Shown piece by piece: positions 36,870 through 47,276 of a DNA stretch of 64,000 nucleotides (the first letter of the stretch is position 1; each line of letters opens with the position of its first letter). The notes beneath the pieces are model-generated. The model was not told the origin of the DNA. It did no database searches and saw only the letters and a program-made list of their open reading frames with translations. This stretch comes from Eubacteriales bacterium (lineage in GTDB: Bacteria; Bacillota; Clostridia; Oscillospirales; CAG-272): contig JBGUSX010000116.1 of NCBI GenBank assembly GCA_045132775.1, positions 24,476 through 88,475 of the forward strand. The letters are read 5' to 3'. Position numbers and translations under genes: made by a program.

Positions 36870-39398
36870 TCAGTGACATTCGTACCAGGTATCTCCGCTC
36901 TGCGCTTCTACCTTCAGCGGTACGTCAAGCTTTACTGCGTTTTCCATCTCGTTTTTCAGCATCTCGAGAACTGCTCCTGCGTGCTCTCTCGGGCACTCGA
37001 CCAAAAGCTCGTCGTGTACCTGGAGCAAAAGGCGCGCGTCAAGTCCGCTCTCCTTGAGCTTTTTGTCAACGTTGATCATCGCTATCTTGATAATGTCCGC
37101 GCTCGTTCCCTGTATCGGACTGTTTCTTGCAACTCTTTCACCAAAATTACGCACCATTTTATTCGGCGCGGAGAGCTCGGGAATATAACGACGACGTGAC
37201 AGCATAGTCGTAGTGTATCCTTCTGCCTTGGCACTCTCTATGGTGTCTTCAAGATATTTCTCGATTCCCCTGTAGCTTGAAAGATAATTCTCGATATATT
37301 CCTTTGCCTGTGCGCGAGAGATGTTAAGGTCGTCGGAGAGCGAGAAATCTCCCATTCCGTAAAGGATTCCGAAATTTACCGCCTTCGCTCTCTTACGCAT
37401 CTCGACAGTCACCTCGTCGGGTGATACGCCGAAAATGCGGCAGGAGGTCGCGGTGTGGATATCCTCGCCCGAAACGAATGCCTCGGTCATGTGCTCGTCG
37501 TGTGACATGTGCGCGAGCACGCGGAGCTCGATCTGCGAATAGTCTGCATCGATGAGAACTCTGTCATTGCTGCTTGCGGTGAAATATTTACGGAAGCGTC
37601 TGCCCGCCTCTGTCCTTATCGGGATATTCTGCAGGTTAGGGTTGACAGACGAAAGTCTGCCTGTCGCGGTTCCCGTCTGCTTGAAGGTCGTGTGGCAACG
37701 CGAGTCCTCGCCTATGGTCTTGAGAAGTCCGTCGACATAGGTTCCCTTTAATTTCGTTACCTGTCTGTACTCGAGGATATCGTCAATTATAGGGTGATAT
37801 TTGCGCAGATGCTCGAGCACGTCGGCATTGGTGGAATAACCCGTTTTTGTTTTTTTGCCGTGAGGGAGCATCAGCTTTTCAAAGAGCACCTCACCGAGCT
37901 GCTTGGGTGAATTGATGTTGAATTCCTCACCTGCCGCCATATATATTCTCGATTCAAGCGCGGATGCGGTCTCTTCAAGCTCATGCCCGTACTCTGTTAT
38001 TCCGTCGCAATCGACTCGGCAGCCCTCGATCTCCATATCGCAAAGAACTGCGGCAAGGGGCATCTCGATTTCGTAAAGCACGCGAGTCTGTCCGCTCTCG
38101 TCAAGCCTTTTTTCTATATTTTTCCACATTCTTGCAATATAAGCTGTGGCGGGTACTTCCTCGGAGATCATTTCGCCGAGATAGGTGGTGACGAACCTTT
38201 CGAGTGAATAATTGTTCTGATTTGAATCGTCCACGTACGCGCCGAGCATTACATCAAAATAGCAGGCGCGCCAATGAATACCGTGCTCCTCGAGCTTTTT
38301 GTAGATATCCTTGCAATCAAGGCAGATTATTTTTTTACTGTTCAGAAAATCACACAGAGTAGCGTCGGGTGAATCTGTTTTATATGCGGTCTTGCCGTCG
38401 GAGAGATAGGCGGTCTCGCCGTCAAAATCAAATGCGTAATATTCTCCGCTGAGTGATTGGAGGTCGTTTGATTCTAATTCTTTTATCTGTATGGGGGAGT
38501 TGTCCGCAGGGGCGGGCTCTTCCTTCTCCTCCTTGTCAAGTCCGAGCTTTTTGATGGCACCCAAGAGCTCATAACGCAGAAGAAGCGTACGGGCTTCCGC
38601 TCTGTTCATTCCTTTATACGTGATATCATCAAGGGTGATCCCGAGGGGTACCTCGCGGCAGATGGTTGCAAGAGTTTTCGAGGTGTACGCGCTCTCTTTA
38701 CCGTTCGTCAGCTTTGTTTTTACCGAGTTTGTAAGACCGAAATCCTCGATGTTTTCGTATATTCCGTCGAGCGTTCCGGCATCGGCAATGAGCTTGAACG
38801 CGGTCTTCTCCCCTATTCCGGGCACTCCGGGGATGTTATCCGAACTATCTCCCATAAGCGCTTTTACGTCTACGTACTGATCTGCGCGAACACCGTATTT
38901 TTCAAGAAAAGCTGCCTCGTCAAAGACTACGGTATCTGTATTTGTCGCGAGCAGAACTCGCGTTTTTTCGCTTATGAGCTGGAGAGAGTCGCGGTCGCCC
39001 GTGAGGACGTATGCCTCGGTCTCTTCATCAGAATTTTCTGCCATTTTGGCGAGCGTTCCGAGGATATCGTCCGCCTCGTAGCCCTCAAGCTCAAGGACTG
39101 CTATTCCCAATGCGCGACAGATATCCTTTGCGGCGGGAAATTGCTTTATCAGATCCTCGGGGGCGGGCTTTCTGCCTGCCTTATAATCCGCGTACATCTT
39201 ATGACGGAAGGTGGGTGCCTTGAGGTCAAAGGCGACTGCTATATAGTCGGGTGCGAGTGCCTCAAGCTGCTTTGAAAGCACGTTGACAAAGCCAAAGATG
39301 GCATTAGTCGGAAAGCCGTCCTTGCTTGAGAGAAATCTTATTCCGAAAAATTGACGGTTCAGTATACTGTTACCGTCGATACACAACATTTTTTTCAT
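36870..39398 (-). CDS. polA: DNA polymerase I
   Basis: 5'-3' exonuclease IDGNS..EADD..GDSSDNIPGV; polymerase DYSQIELR, KAVNFG, QVHDEL. Confidence 0.98.
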   Translation of the reverse strand: MKKMLCIDGNSILNRQFFGIRFLSSKDGFPTNAIFGFVNVLSKQLEALAPDYIAVAFDLKAPTFRHKMYADYKAGRKPAPEDLIKQFPAAKDICRALGIAVLELEGYEADDILGTLAKMAENSDEETEAYVLTGDRDSLQLISEKTRVLLATNTDTVVFDEAAFLEKYGVRADQYVDVKALMGDSSDNIPGVPGIGEKTAFKLIADAGTLDGIYENIEDFGLTNSVKTKLTNGKESAYTSKTLATICREVPLGITLDDITYKGMNRAEARTLLLRYELLGAIKKLGLDKEEKEEPAPADNSPIQIKELESNDLQSLSGEYYAFDFDGETAYLSDGKTAYKTDSPDATLCDFLNSKKIICLDCKDIYKKLEEHGIHWRACYFDVMLGAYVDDSNQNNYSLERFVTTYLGEMISEEVPATAYIARMWKNIEKRLDESGQTRVLYEIEMPLAAVLCDMEIEGCRVDCDGITEYGHELEETASALESRIYMAAGEEFNINSPKQLGEVLFEKLMLPHGKKTKTGYSTNADVLEHLRKYHPIIDDILEYRQVTKLKGTYVDGLLKTIGEDSRCHTTFKQTGTATGRLSSVNPNLQNIPIRTEAGRRFRKYFTASSNDRVLIDADYSQIELRVLAHMSHDEHMTEAFVSGEDIHTATSCRIFGVSPDEVTVEMRKRAKAVNFGILYGMGDFSLSDDLNISRAQAKEYIENYLSSYRGIEKYLEDTIESAKAEGYTTTMLSRRRYIPELSAPNKMVRNFGERVARNSPIQGTSADIIKIAMINVDKKLKESGLDARLLLQVHDELLVECPREHAGAVLEMLKNEMENAVKLDVPLKVEAQSGDTWYECH

Positions 39399-39676
39399 AA
39401 AAAGCTCCTCAATCTCTGCGAAATTATATACAGAAAAATTATACCACACAAGGACGCTGTTTGTCAACAAAAACTTGCAAGTCTGCCTCATTTGCATCTT
39501 TTTACCGAAAGTTGATTTTAACGCTCGGAATCATTCCCAAAAAGTAAAAAAAATTTAAAATTTTGACGTTTTGTTATTGACATACCGAGACGGGTATGTT
39601 ATAATTATTCTGCAAATGCGAAAAAAATATCTTTTATGAAAAAATATCCCCGAAACGGGTCGTTCAGGAGGCAGAA

Positions 39677-40459
39677 ATGATCAGAAAATTATTAGCAATT
39701 CTTTTGGCACTTATCGTAGCGGCTTCTCTTGTTGCGTGCAACAACGAAGAGGAAGAGACTACCGAAAACAATGACATAAATATTCCCGCAGAGTCCGGAT
39801 CTGAGGATGAGTCCGGAAGTGAGGATGAGTCCAAAAATGACGAGTCCGACACAGCGGAAAGCGGATTTGAAGTTGGAACAGGTGCGCCCAGCGAGGTTGG
39901 CGACCCCGGAGAGTATTCTTACACCGAGTGCGACCAGCTCGTATACGTTAACAATCCCGACAGCGCGGTTACCCTCCGCACTGCAGATTATAAGGCAAAG
40001 GGCTCCGTTGCTCACGGAACAGAGCTTCGCAGAATCGGTCTCAGCACAGATGGGGCTAATTACTGGAGCAAGGTTCTCTACAACGAGCAGGAGTATTATG
40101 TTGCTTCCAAGTTCCTTACAACTCTCAAGAACGCTGACGAGGGCTTCGTTGAGGTTGACAAGACAGTTGTCGTTAACGAAATGACCGGCTCTCTCAATAT
40201 TCGTAATCTTCCCACCTTCGACGGAAGCGCAATTATCGGTTATGCCCTTGCAGGTGTTGAGACCAAGGTAATTGCAGAGAATACCGAGACAGGCTGGTAC
40301 AAGATCGAGTTCGTTGCATACGGCGGTGAGAAGACTGTAGGTTATATCAAGTCCGGTGCTGAAAACTTTGAAAAGGAGACGGGCACTGAGACTGAGACTC
40401 CTACTGAGAACTCCACAGAGACTACGACCGAGGCTCCTACCGAGTCTGCAGGCAAATAA
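39677..40459 (+). CDS. Acidic lipoprotein with two SH3b-like domains
   Basis: Lipobox LVAC, low-complexity E/S/T linkers, VTLR...WSKV.Y....YVAS and LNIR..P...GWYKI...GYIK. Confidence 0.8.
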   Translation: MIRKLLAILLALIVAASLVACNNEEEETTENNDINIPAESGSEDESGSEDESKNDESDTAESGFEVGTGAPSEVGDPGEYSYTECDQLVYVNNPDSAVTLRTADYKAKGSVAHGTELRRIGLSTDGANYWSKVLYNEQEYYVASKFLTTLKNADEGFVEVDKTVVVNEMTGSLNIRNLPTFDGSAIIGYALAGVETKVIAENTETGWYKIEFVAYGGEKTVGYIKSGAENFEKETGTETETPTENSTETTTEAPTESAGK

Positions 40460-40507
40460 TTTATAATTGAAAACAATAACGGAGATGTGAAAGCATCTCC
40501 GTTTTCT

Positions 40508-41128
40508 TTAATTTTTCTTGGGTTTTGCGGTGTTTGTTTTTCCTTGGGGTGTGTTTCCCTTGCCTTTTTTCTTTTTCGCTGCAGAAAAACCAAAATATCC
40601 GATCTTTTTGCCAAGCTCGAAGTATTCGCCGTGTGCGAATGCCGCAAGTCCTGCGCGCGCAAGATCGAGCTTGCCGTTTTTGTCAAGTAGCGAATCGTCA
40701 ACGTTTACTGCGACTATATCTGCCATAAACATATCGTGAGTTCCAAGGGAAATGATATCCGTGACCTTACATTCTATCGACATGGGACATTCGGCGATAA
40801 GCGGACAGGCGACCTCGGTCGCCTCTTCTTTTGTGAGGTTGCATTTTGCAAATTTATCGACCTTTGTGCCCGTATAAATACCGCAATAATCTGCCGCTTT
40901 GATAAGGCTTGACGGGGTGAGATTCAGGACAAATTCTCCGCTCTCCTTTATGATGTTGTACGAGTGACGCGACGGGCGGACCGATATATAAGTTTTCGGC
41001 GGTATCGTATTGGTTATTCCCGTCCACGCGACTGTGAGAATATTTGATCTCTCCATATCCCCGCAGCTGACCATTACGGGTGGCAGAGGGGCTATGAGTG
41101 CTCCGCCCTTCCATTTAATTTTTGCCAT
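40508..41128 (-). CDS. Flavin reductase-like family protein
   Basis: P.P.VMVS, N.LTVAW.G, EFVLN, P.I.ECP...EC, GTHD.F.A.I. Confidence 0.9.
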   Translation of the reverse strand: MAKIKWKGGALIAPLPPVMVSCGDMERSNILTVAWTGITNTIPPKTYISVRPSRHSYNIIKESGEFVLNLTPSSLIKAADYCGIYTGTKVDKFAKCNLTKEEATEVACPLIAECPMSIECKVTDIISLGTHDMFMADIVAVNVDDSLLDKNGKLDLARAGLAAFAHGEYFELGKKIGYFGFSAAKKKKGKGNTPQGKTNTAKPKKN

Positions 41129-41147
41129 TTTTGCTTTTCCTTTTGAT

Positions 41148-42017
41148 TTATTTTACCGCATCGGATTTATGCCAGCGGAAGTTGCCCCATACCCCGTTTA
41201 CCTCGCTGAAATAAACGAAGGAATTGGGATATTTGCGCGATAGCTTTATGAGCTCGTCCATCTGGTTTATGTTTATTATGGTTACGATCATTGTTTTTTC
41301 TTCGCCCGTGAACATTCCCTTGCAGTCCATCACCGTTGCTCCGTGCTTGAGATTGAGAAGTATATCCTCCTTGAACTGCTCGGGGTTGCTTGTGATGATC
41401 CGTACCTCGACGGCATTTCTCGTCGTTTTAAGGACCGAATTCATTGCGAGATTGAAGATGAGCGTTTGAATTACCGACATTATTACGCTTTCTATATTAC
41501 GGTAAACGAAGAATGAGATCCCGATTGTCACGTAGCAAAATATCGAGATGAGCGTTTCGATATTCATATAAGGCTTTTTCTTTTGCACGATGCATGCGAT
41601 GATATCGACACCTCCCGTGCTTCCGCCTATTCTTATCATTATCGCGGTTCTGACTCCGAGCATTATTCCCGAGGCGAATACCGCTATCCAAACGTGGTTA
41701 TCGGTAACGTATTCGTACATATTTATCTTCTCCATTACTATCATCGCGACGGACGACACGACGGTAAATAGAGACGTATATACTACGTATTTTTTGCTGA
41801 TGAAGAACCACGCGATGATAAGCAGGGGGACATTGATCGCCAATGAGACATAGCCCATATTTATATCTGTAAGCTTTTGTACCATCATTGAGATTCCGTC
41901 AACTCCGCTCGGTGCGAAGTTTGCGGGGTTTACAAAGGTATACAGCCCTATGGCGGACAGAAATGCCGCGACTATTATCAAAAAGATATCGGTTACTGTT
42001 TTCATTGCTTTTTTCAT
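41148..42017 (-). CDS. YitT family membrane protein
   Basis: SGVDGI, N.PLL, GSTGG.DI, HGAT....G.FTG motifs. Confidence 0.9.
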   Translation of the reverse strand: MKKAMKTVTDIFLIIVAAFLSAIGLYTFVNPANFAPSGVDGISMMVQKLTDINMGYVSLAINVPLLIIAWFFISKKYVVYTSLFTVVSSVAMIVMEKINMYEYVTDNHVWIAVFASGIMLGVRTAIMIRIGGSTGGVDIIACIVQKKKPYMNIETLISIFCYVTIGISFFVYRNIESVIMSVIQTLIFNLAMNSVLKTTRNAVEVRIITSNPEQFKEDILLNLKHGATVMDCKGMFTGEEKTMIVTIININQMDELIKLSRKYPNSFVYFSEVNGVWGNFRWHKSDAVK

Positions 42018-42157
42018 TTTTTTCACTCCCCGGAGATCGGTCATAAAATTATATCACACACTCATCGAAAAGTCAAGTTTTTTATAAAAAGCTCTTGAAT
42101 AGACCGCGGAAAAGTGATATAATTTATTCCGTTAAAGCAAAGATCGGAGATAACGAT

Positions 42158-43366
42158 ATGAATTACACCTTTTCAAATAAGATCGCAAATCTGAAGCCCA
42201 GCGCGATACGTGAAATATTAAAGGCTCCCGCAACTGACGAGACGATAAGCTTTGCTGCGGGAAATCCCGCGCCCGAGTCCTTCCCCGTGGAAGAGATGGC
42301 GAGGATATCGGCTTCAATTTATTCGGAAATGCCTACCTCTGCGCTCCAGTACGGTGCTACGGACGGATATACCCCCTTGCGCGAGGTTATAGCGAAGAGA
42401 CAGAAGGAGAAATTCAATATCGGCAGATCGGTCGCGTGCGGTGACGCTTTTGATGACACTGCTATCATCGTGTCGGGCGGTCAGCAGGGTATCGAGCTTG
42501 CCTGCAAGGTTTTTTGCAACGAGGGTGATGCGGTGATCTGCGAAAATCCGACCTTTATCGGTGCGCTCAACGCGTTCCGCTCAAACGGTGCGACTCCCGT
42601 CGGTGTAACTCTCGAGGACGACGGAATGAACACCACGGAGCTTGAAGAGACAATCAAAAATACTCCGAACGCAAAGCTCATTTATGTAATTCCGAATTTC
42701 CAGAATCCTGCGGGTATCTGCACCTCTTACGAAAAGCGCGTTAAGATCTATGAGCTTGCAAAGAAATACGGTCTTATGATACTTGAGGACAACCCCTACG
42801 GAGAGCTCCGTTTTGCAGGTGAGGATATCCCGAGCATCAAGAGCTTTGACGATGAGGGTATCGTTATCTATTGCTCTACATTCTCGAAAATTCTCTCTGC
42901 AGGTATGAGAGTCGGTTTTGTTATCGCGCCCGACACCGTTGCCTCCAAAATGGTGGTTTCAAAGCAGACGAGCGACGTTCACACAAATCTGTTCTTCCAG
43001 ATACTTTGCTATAAGTACATGACAGAGTGTGATCTTGAGGGGCATATTGAGGAGATACGCAAGATATACAGGCACAAGTGCAACCTTATGCTCGAGTGCC
43101 TTGAGCGCGAGATGCCCGAGTGCATCAAATTCACGCGCCCCGAGGGTGGACTGTTTATTTGGGGCACCCTTCCCGAGCATGTTGACGCTAATGCCTTTAT
43201 CAAGGCGGCGACGGCGAGAAACGTTCGGATAGTTCCTGGTGCGACCTTCAACTGCGACACCGAGGCTCCTTCACAGTCCTTCCGCCTCAATTACAGCACT
43301 CCCTCCGACGAGCAGATAATCGCGGGTGTCAGAGTGCTCGGTGAGCTTGCGAGAGAATTTGTGTGA
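42158..43366 (+). CDS. PLP-dependent aminotransferase class I/II (LysN/MocR-like)
   Basis: PSAIREI, P.FQNPAG, EDNPYGEL, TFSKILS.G.RVG, P.GGLF.W. Confidence 0.93.
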   Translation: MNYTFSNKIANLKPSAIREILKAPATDETISFAAGNPAPESFPVEEMARISASIYSEMPTSALQYGATDGYTPLREVIAKRQKEKFNIGRSVACGDAFDDTAIIVSGGQQGIELACKVFCNEGDAVICENPTFIGALNAFRSNGATPVGVTLEDDGMNTTELEETIKNTPNAKLIYVIPNFQNPAGICTSYEKRVKIYELAKKYGLMILEDNPYGELRFAGEDIPSIKSFDDEGIVIYCSTFSKILSAGMRVGFVIAPDTVASKMVVSKQTSDVHTNLFFQILCYKYMTECDLEGHIEEIRKIYRHKCNLMLECLEREMPECIKFTRPEGGLFIWGTLPEHVDANAFIKAATARNVRIVPGATFNCDTEAPSQSFRLNYSTPSDEQIIAGVRVLGELAREFV

Positions 43367-43409
43367 AAGCTATTGACAAATAAATATTTCGGTGATATAA
43401 TAAGTCATC

Positions 43410-43660
43410 AAACCTATGACGAGGATTAGTAAGCATTTTCCCTTCTGTTCAGAGAGCCGCCGCGGGTGTGAGTGCGGTCAGAATACAATGCCGAATGGAC
43501 CTTTGAGGGCAAACGGAAAGCGCGCAGGCGCGAGTATGGGAGACGTTGGCAGCGTTAATGCTTTATTGAGGAGGCTTTTGCCTTGAATCGTGGGTGGTAC
43601 CACGGATTATACTAGTTTAGTTAATTCGTCCCCGACAGCTTTTGCTGTCGGGGACTTTTA
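43410..43660 (+). promoter_or_regulatory. T-box riboswitch (Trp specifier TGG)
   Basis: AGTA/AGAGA/GGTGTGA motifs, gaaTGGac specifier, GGGTGGTACCACGG T-box, terminator gtccccgacagc-tttt-gctgtcggggac plus T run. Confidence 0.93.
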
Positions 43661-43693
43661 ATTTTAAAAATTATTCAAAGTGAGGATATAATT

Positions 43694-44695
43694 ATGTTTC
43701 AAAACACCCCTATTTCCTACTCGGGCGTTCAGCCGAGCGGAAATTTAACTATCGGAAATTATCTCGGCGCGATAAAGAATTTTTCGACTTATTCCGAAAA
43801 GTACAAGTGCTTTTACTGCGTTGTTGACGAGCACGCTATCACGGTTCGTCAGGTGCCCGCAGACCTTCGCCGCCGCACATACGAGACTCTTGCTCTCTAC
43901 ATGGCTTGCGGACTTGACCCCGAGAAGAACACTCTCTACGTTCAGTCACACGTCAAGGAGCACGCAGAGCTTGCATGGATCTTAAATTGCTTTACGGGCT
44001 TTGGCGAGCTCTCCAGAATGACTCAGTTCAAGGACAAGTCGCAGAAGCACGCTGACAACGTAAACGCGGGACTCTTTACCTACCCCGTGCTTATGGCATC
44101 CGATATTCTGCTCTATCAGACCGACGTCGTTCCCGTCGGTATCGACCAGAAGCAGCACGTTGAGCTCTGCCGTGACATTGCGACACGCTTCAACGCGATA
44201 TATCCCGACACCTTCACTATTCCCGAGCCTATTATGGCAAAGAGCGGCGCGAAGATAATGTCTCTTGCCGACCCGACGAAGAAGATGAGCAAGTCGGACG
44301 AGAACACGAACGCGGTCGTCTACATTCTCGACGACAAGGACACTATCATCCGCAAATTCAAGCGCGCTGTCACCGACTCCGACACCTGCGTTTGCTACGC
44401 AGAGGGCAAGGACGGCATTAACAACCTTATGACCATTTACTCTGTATTCACGGGCAAGACTCTTGATGAGATCGAGCGCGAGTTTGAGGGTAAGGGTTAC
44501 GGCGACTTCAAGCTTGCTGTCGGTGAGGTCTGCGCTGACGCACTCGCTCCCGTTCAGCAGAAATTCAACACCTTTATGTCCGACAAGGCACAGCTCGAAT
44601 CACAGATGAAGAAGGGCGCGGAGGAGGCTTCTTACGTTGCTCGCCGCACTCTCTCCAAGGTTCAGAAAAAGCTTGGATTCGTTCAGATAAGATAA
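43694..44695 (+). CDS. trpS: Tryptophan--tRNA ligase
   Basis: SGVQPSG.LTIGNYLGA, YPVLMASDIL, VG.DQKQH.EL.RD, KMSKS. Confidence 0.99.
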   Translation: MFQNTPISYSGVQPSGNLTIGNYLGAIKNFSTYSEKYKCFYCVVDEHAITVRQVPADLRRRTYETLALYMACGLDPEKNTLYVQSHVKEHAELAWILNCFTGFGELSRMTQFKDKSQKHADNVNAGLFTYPVLMASDILLYQTDVVPVGIDQKQHVELCRDIATRFNAIYPDTFTIPEPIMAKSGAKIMSLADPTKKMSKSDENTNAVVYILDDKDTIIRKFKRAVTDSDTCVCYAEGKDGINNLMTIYSVFTGKTLDEIEREFEGKGYGDFKLAVGEVCADALAPVQQKFNTFMSDKAQLESQMKKGAEEASYVARRTLSKVQKKLGFVQIR

Positions 44696-44720
44696 TTTTC
44701 TTCTTTTTTCAATCAGAGTA

Positions 44721-44784
44721 TTGACATTTCTATGCCGACGTGGTATAATCGCATTACACAGTCAAATGACCGTGTAATGCGATT
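44721..44784 (+). promoter_or_regulatory. Sigma-A promoter overlapped by a 13-bp inverted repeat
   Basis: TTGACA-N17-TATAAT with extended TG; aatcgcattacac-N12-gtgtaatgcgatt. Confidence 0.75.
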
Positions 44785-44826
44785 GCTTTTAGCAAACAGG
44801 ACATAGAATTCACAGTCTGGAGGAAA

Positions 44827-45249
44827 ATGATGTCTGACAAAACAAAAAAGATAGTTGCTATCATTGTGGTCATACTTGTTTTTACACTAACCGCAGTTGT
44901 ATCCCTTAATCTTCCAATATCCGAAGAGAAGGCAGAAAAATCCGCTACTGAGTTTTTTGATGCACTGCACAACGGCGACGTTAAAAGGGCGAAACAATAT
45001 CTTCATCCTAATCACGCTATGATCGATGATCTTTCAATAAGACCTGATGCCGACTCGGTCGTTTTTTTGAACTATTATCAGGCAGGCATTAAAAGCTCGA
45101 ATGAAAATTTCAAACAGAATTGCCTGTATATACGGTTTAAGAGCGGTGGGCATGAGTATTTCGGTCTTATAGCCTTCAAGAAGAACCTTGCGGGATTTGG
45201 AATATCGGATTTCATATACTCGTCTGAAGACTTCTTTATAAACCAATAA
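44827..45249 (+). CDS. Hypothetical membrane-anchored protein (possibly NTF2-like)
   Basis: SD GGAGG, N-terminal TM, A..FFDAL.NGD...A..YL helix motif. Confidence 0.7.
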   Translation: MMSDKTKKIVAIIVVILVFTLTAVVSLNLPISEEKAEKSATEFFDALHNGDVKRAKQYLHPNHAMIDDLSIRPDADSVVFLNYYQAGIKSSNENFKQNCLYIRFKSGGHEYFGLIAFKKNLAGFGISDFIYSSEDFFINQ

Positions 45250-45270
45250 TTTCGGAAAGGAGCTTTTAAA

Positions 45271-46047
45271 ATGAAAGAACTAATCAAGGTTGAAAACCTA
45301 TCAAAAACCTTCAAGCTGTCAAAAAAACAGCAAAAAATCGAAAAAACAAATTCAACCGTACGCCGTGCGGTCAATAAACTCTCCTTCGAGGCTTACGAGG
45401 GTGAGATCTACGGCTTATTAGGTCCGAACGGTGCAGGAAAAACTACGACGCTCCGTATGCTTGCAACACTCATCAAGCCCGACTCGGGGGACGCGTTCAT
45501 TGACGGTCACAGTATCGTAAACGAGCCCGACGTGGTGCGCTCGAAGATCGGATTTCTTACAAGTGAGCTGAAGCTCGAGGAATTCTTTACTCCTAACTAT
45601 CTTTTTGACTTCTTCTCCTCCCTTCACGGAATTTCTCCCGAAAAGGCGGCTCTGCGCAAGAAGGAGCTCTTCTCTCGCTTTGGCATTGACAAATTCGCCG
45701 AGGTCAAGGTCTCGGATCTCTCTACGGGTATGAAGCAGAAGGCTTCTCTTGCCATCTCGCTCGTGCATGACCCCGACATAGTAATATTTGACGAGCCGAC
45801 TAACGGTCTTGATGTTATCACAGCAAAGGTGGTTACCGACTTCCTTTTATATCTTAAGGAGCAAGGAAAGACGGTCATTGTTTCCACTCATATCTTTAGC
45901 CTTATCGAAAAGATATGCGACAGGGTCGGAATAATTATCAACGGACAGATGGTAGTATCCGATGAGCTTGCCAAAATTTGTGACGGCAAGAATCTTGAGG
46001 ACAGATTCTTCGATATCTACCTTGAATACGAGGGAGGTGAGGCATAA
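45271..46047 (+). CDS. ABC transporter ATP-binding protein (NatA-like)
   Basis: GPNGAGKTT, LSTGMKQK, FDEPTNGLD, STH. Confidence 0.92.
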   Translation: MKELIKVENLSKTFKLSKKQQKIEKTNSTVRRAVNKLSFEAYEGEIYGLLGPNGAGKTTTLRMLATLIKPDSGDAFIDGHSIVNEPDVVRSKIGFLTSELKLEEFFTPNYLFDFFSSLHGISPEKAALRKKELFSRFGIDKFAEVKVSDLSTGMKQKASLAISLVHDPDIVIFDEPTNGLDVITAKVVTDFLLYLKEQGKTVIVSTHIFSLIEKICDRVGIIINGQMVVSDELAKICDGKNLEDRFFDIYLEYEGGEA

Positions 46048-47228
46048 TGAAAAACAATGCTATCTTCACCATTTTCAAAAAGGAGCTTGCGCGCTTCTTC
46101 AAGGATCGCAGGACTCTTGTTGCCCTTATAATGCCCGGTTTTCTCATCTACGTTATTTACTCGCTTATGGGCGGTGCTATGAGTGATGCGTTTATGCCCG
46201 ACGACGATTACTTACCCGTTGTATACGTTCAGAATATGCCTGACAGTCTCAACGGACCTCTTAAACAATCGGGATTGTTCGACATAAGTGATGCGGAAAA
46301 GAACAAGATCAACGATTACAAGGACGACATAAAGAATGAAGCCCTCGATCTTTTGATCGTTTTCCCAAAGGACTTTGATAAAAAGGTTGGAGCTTATGAC
46401 ATTTCAAGCGGTATCGCCGCTCCGAATATTGAGGTATATTATAATTCATCATCGGTCAATTCTTCAATGGCTTATCAGAACATAGTTGCCTTTCTTGACT
46501 ACACCGAGGCGCAGATGATAAATAAATTTGACGTAAACAACAGCTCGGATATAGTCTTCGACCTTGCAAGCGATGAGGATATGACCGGTATGCTCTTTTC
46601 TATGCTGATGCCCATGCTTCTCGTTATGCTTCTCTTCTCGGGCTGTATGGCGGTCGCTCCCGAATCTATCGCGGGTGAAAAGGAGCGCGGAACTATCGCT
46701 ACTTTGCTTATCACTCCTACGAAGCGTTCGCATATTGCGATAGGTAAGATCCTTGCGCTCTCACTCATGGCGCTTATCAGCGGTGCCTCGAGCACTATCG
46801 GTATCGTTCTTTCCCTCCCGAAGCTTATGGGTGACACTATGGAGCTTGACGGCAGTGTTTACGGCGTTTCAGATTACGCTATGGTCGCGCTTGTAATACT
46901 TTCGACCGTGCTTGTGCTTATTACGATCATTTCTATCATCTCCGCTTACGCAAAGACGATAAAGGAAGCAAGCACGTACGTTACGCCGCTTATGATATTC
47001 TCGATGCTCATCGGTCTTTCGGGTATGATGGGAAATGCCGTAACAAATCCCCTGCTCTACCTTATCCCGATTTTTAACAGCGTTCAGAGTATGATAGGAA
47101 TATTCTCCTTTGAGGGCAACCTTGTAAACGTTCTTATAACCGTCGGTGCAAATATCGCCGTTACCGCGGTCGGTGTTTACGTTCTGACGAGAATGTTCAA
47201 CAGTGAGAAGATAATGTTTAATAAGTAA
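46047..47228 (+). CDS. ABC-2 permease (NatB-like)
   Basis: IFKKEL..F.KDRRTL, SIAGEKERGTIATLL.TP..R..I..GK. Confidence 0.9.
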   Translation: MKNNAIFTIFKKELARFFKDRRTLVALIMPGFLIYVIYSLMGGAMSDAFMPDDDYLPVVYVQNMPDSLNGPLKQSGLFDISDAEKNKINDYKDDIKNEALDLLIVFPKDFDKKVGAYDISSGIAAPNIEVYYNSSSVNSSMAYQNIVAFLDYTEAQMINKFDVNNSSDIVFDLASDEDMTGMLFSMLMPMLLVMLLFSGCMAVAPESIAGEKERGTIATLLITPTKRSHIAIGKILALSLMALISGASSTIGIVLSLPKLMGDTMELDGSVYGVSDYAMVALVILSTVLVLITIISIISAYAKTIKEASTYVTPLMIFSMLIGLSGMMGNAVTNPLLYLIPIFNSVQSMIGIFSFEGNLVNVLITVGANIAVTAVGVYVLTRMFNSEKIMFNK

Positions 47229-47245
47229 GCTTTAAGAAAAAAATC

Positions 47246-47275
47246 AGCGAGCCGCAAAAACGGCTCGCTTTTTTC
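47246..47275. terminator. Terminator between convergent genes
   Basis: agcgagccg-caaaaa-cggctcgct plus T run. Confidence 0.75.
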
Positions 47276-47276
47276 T

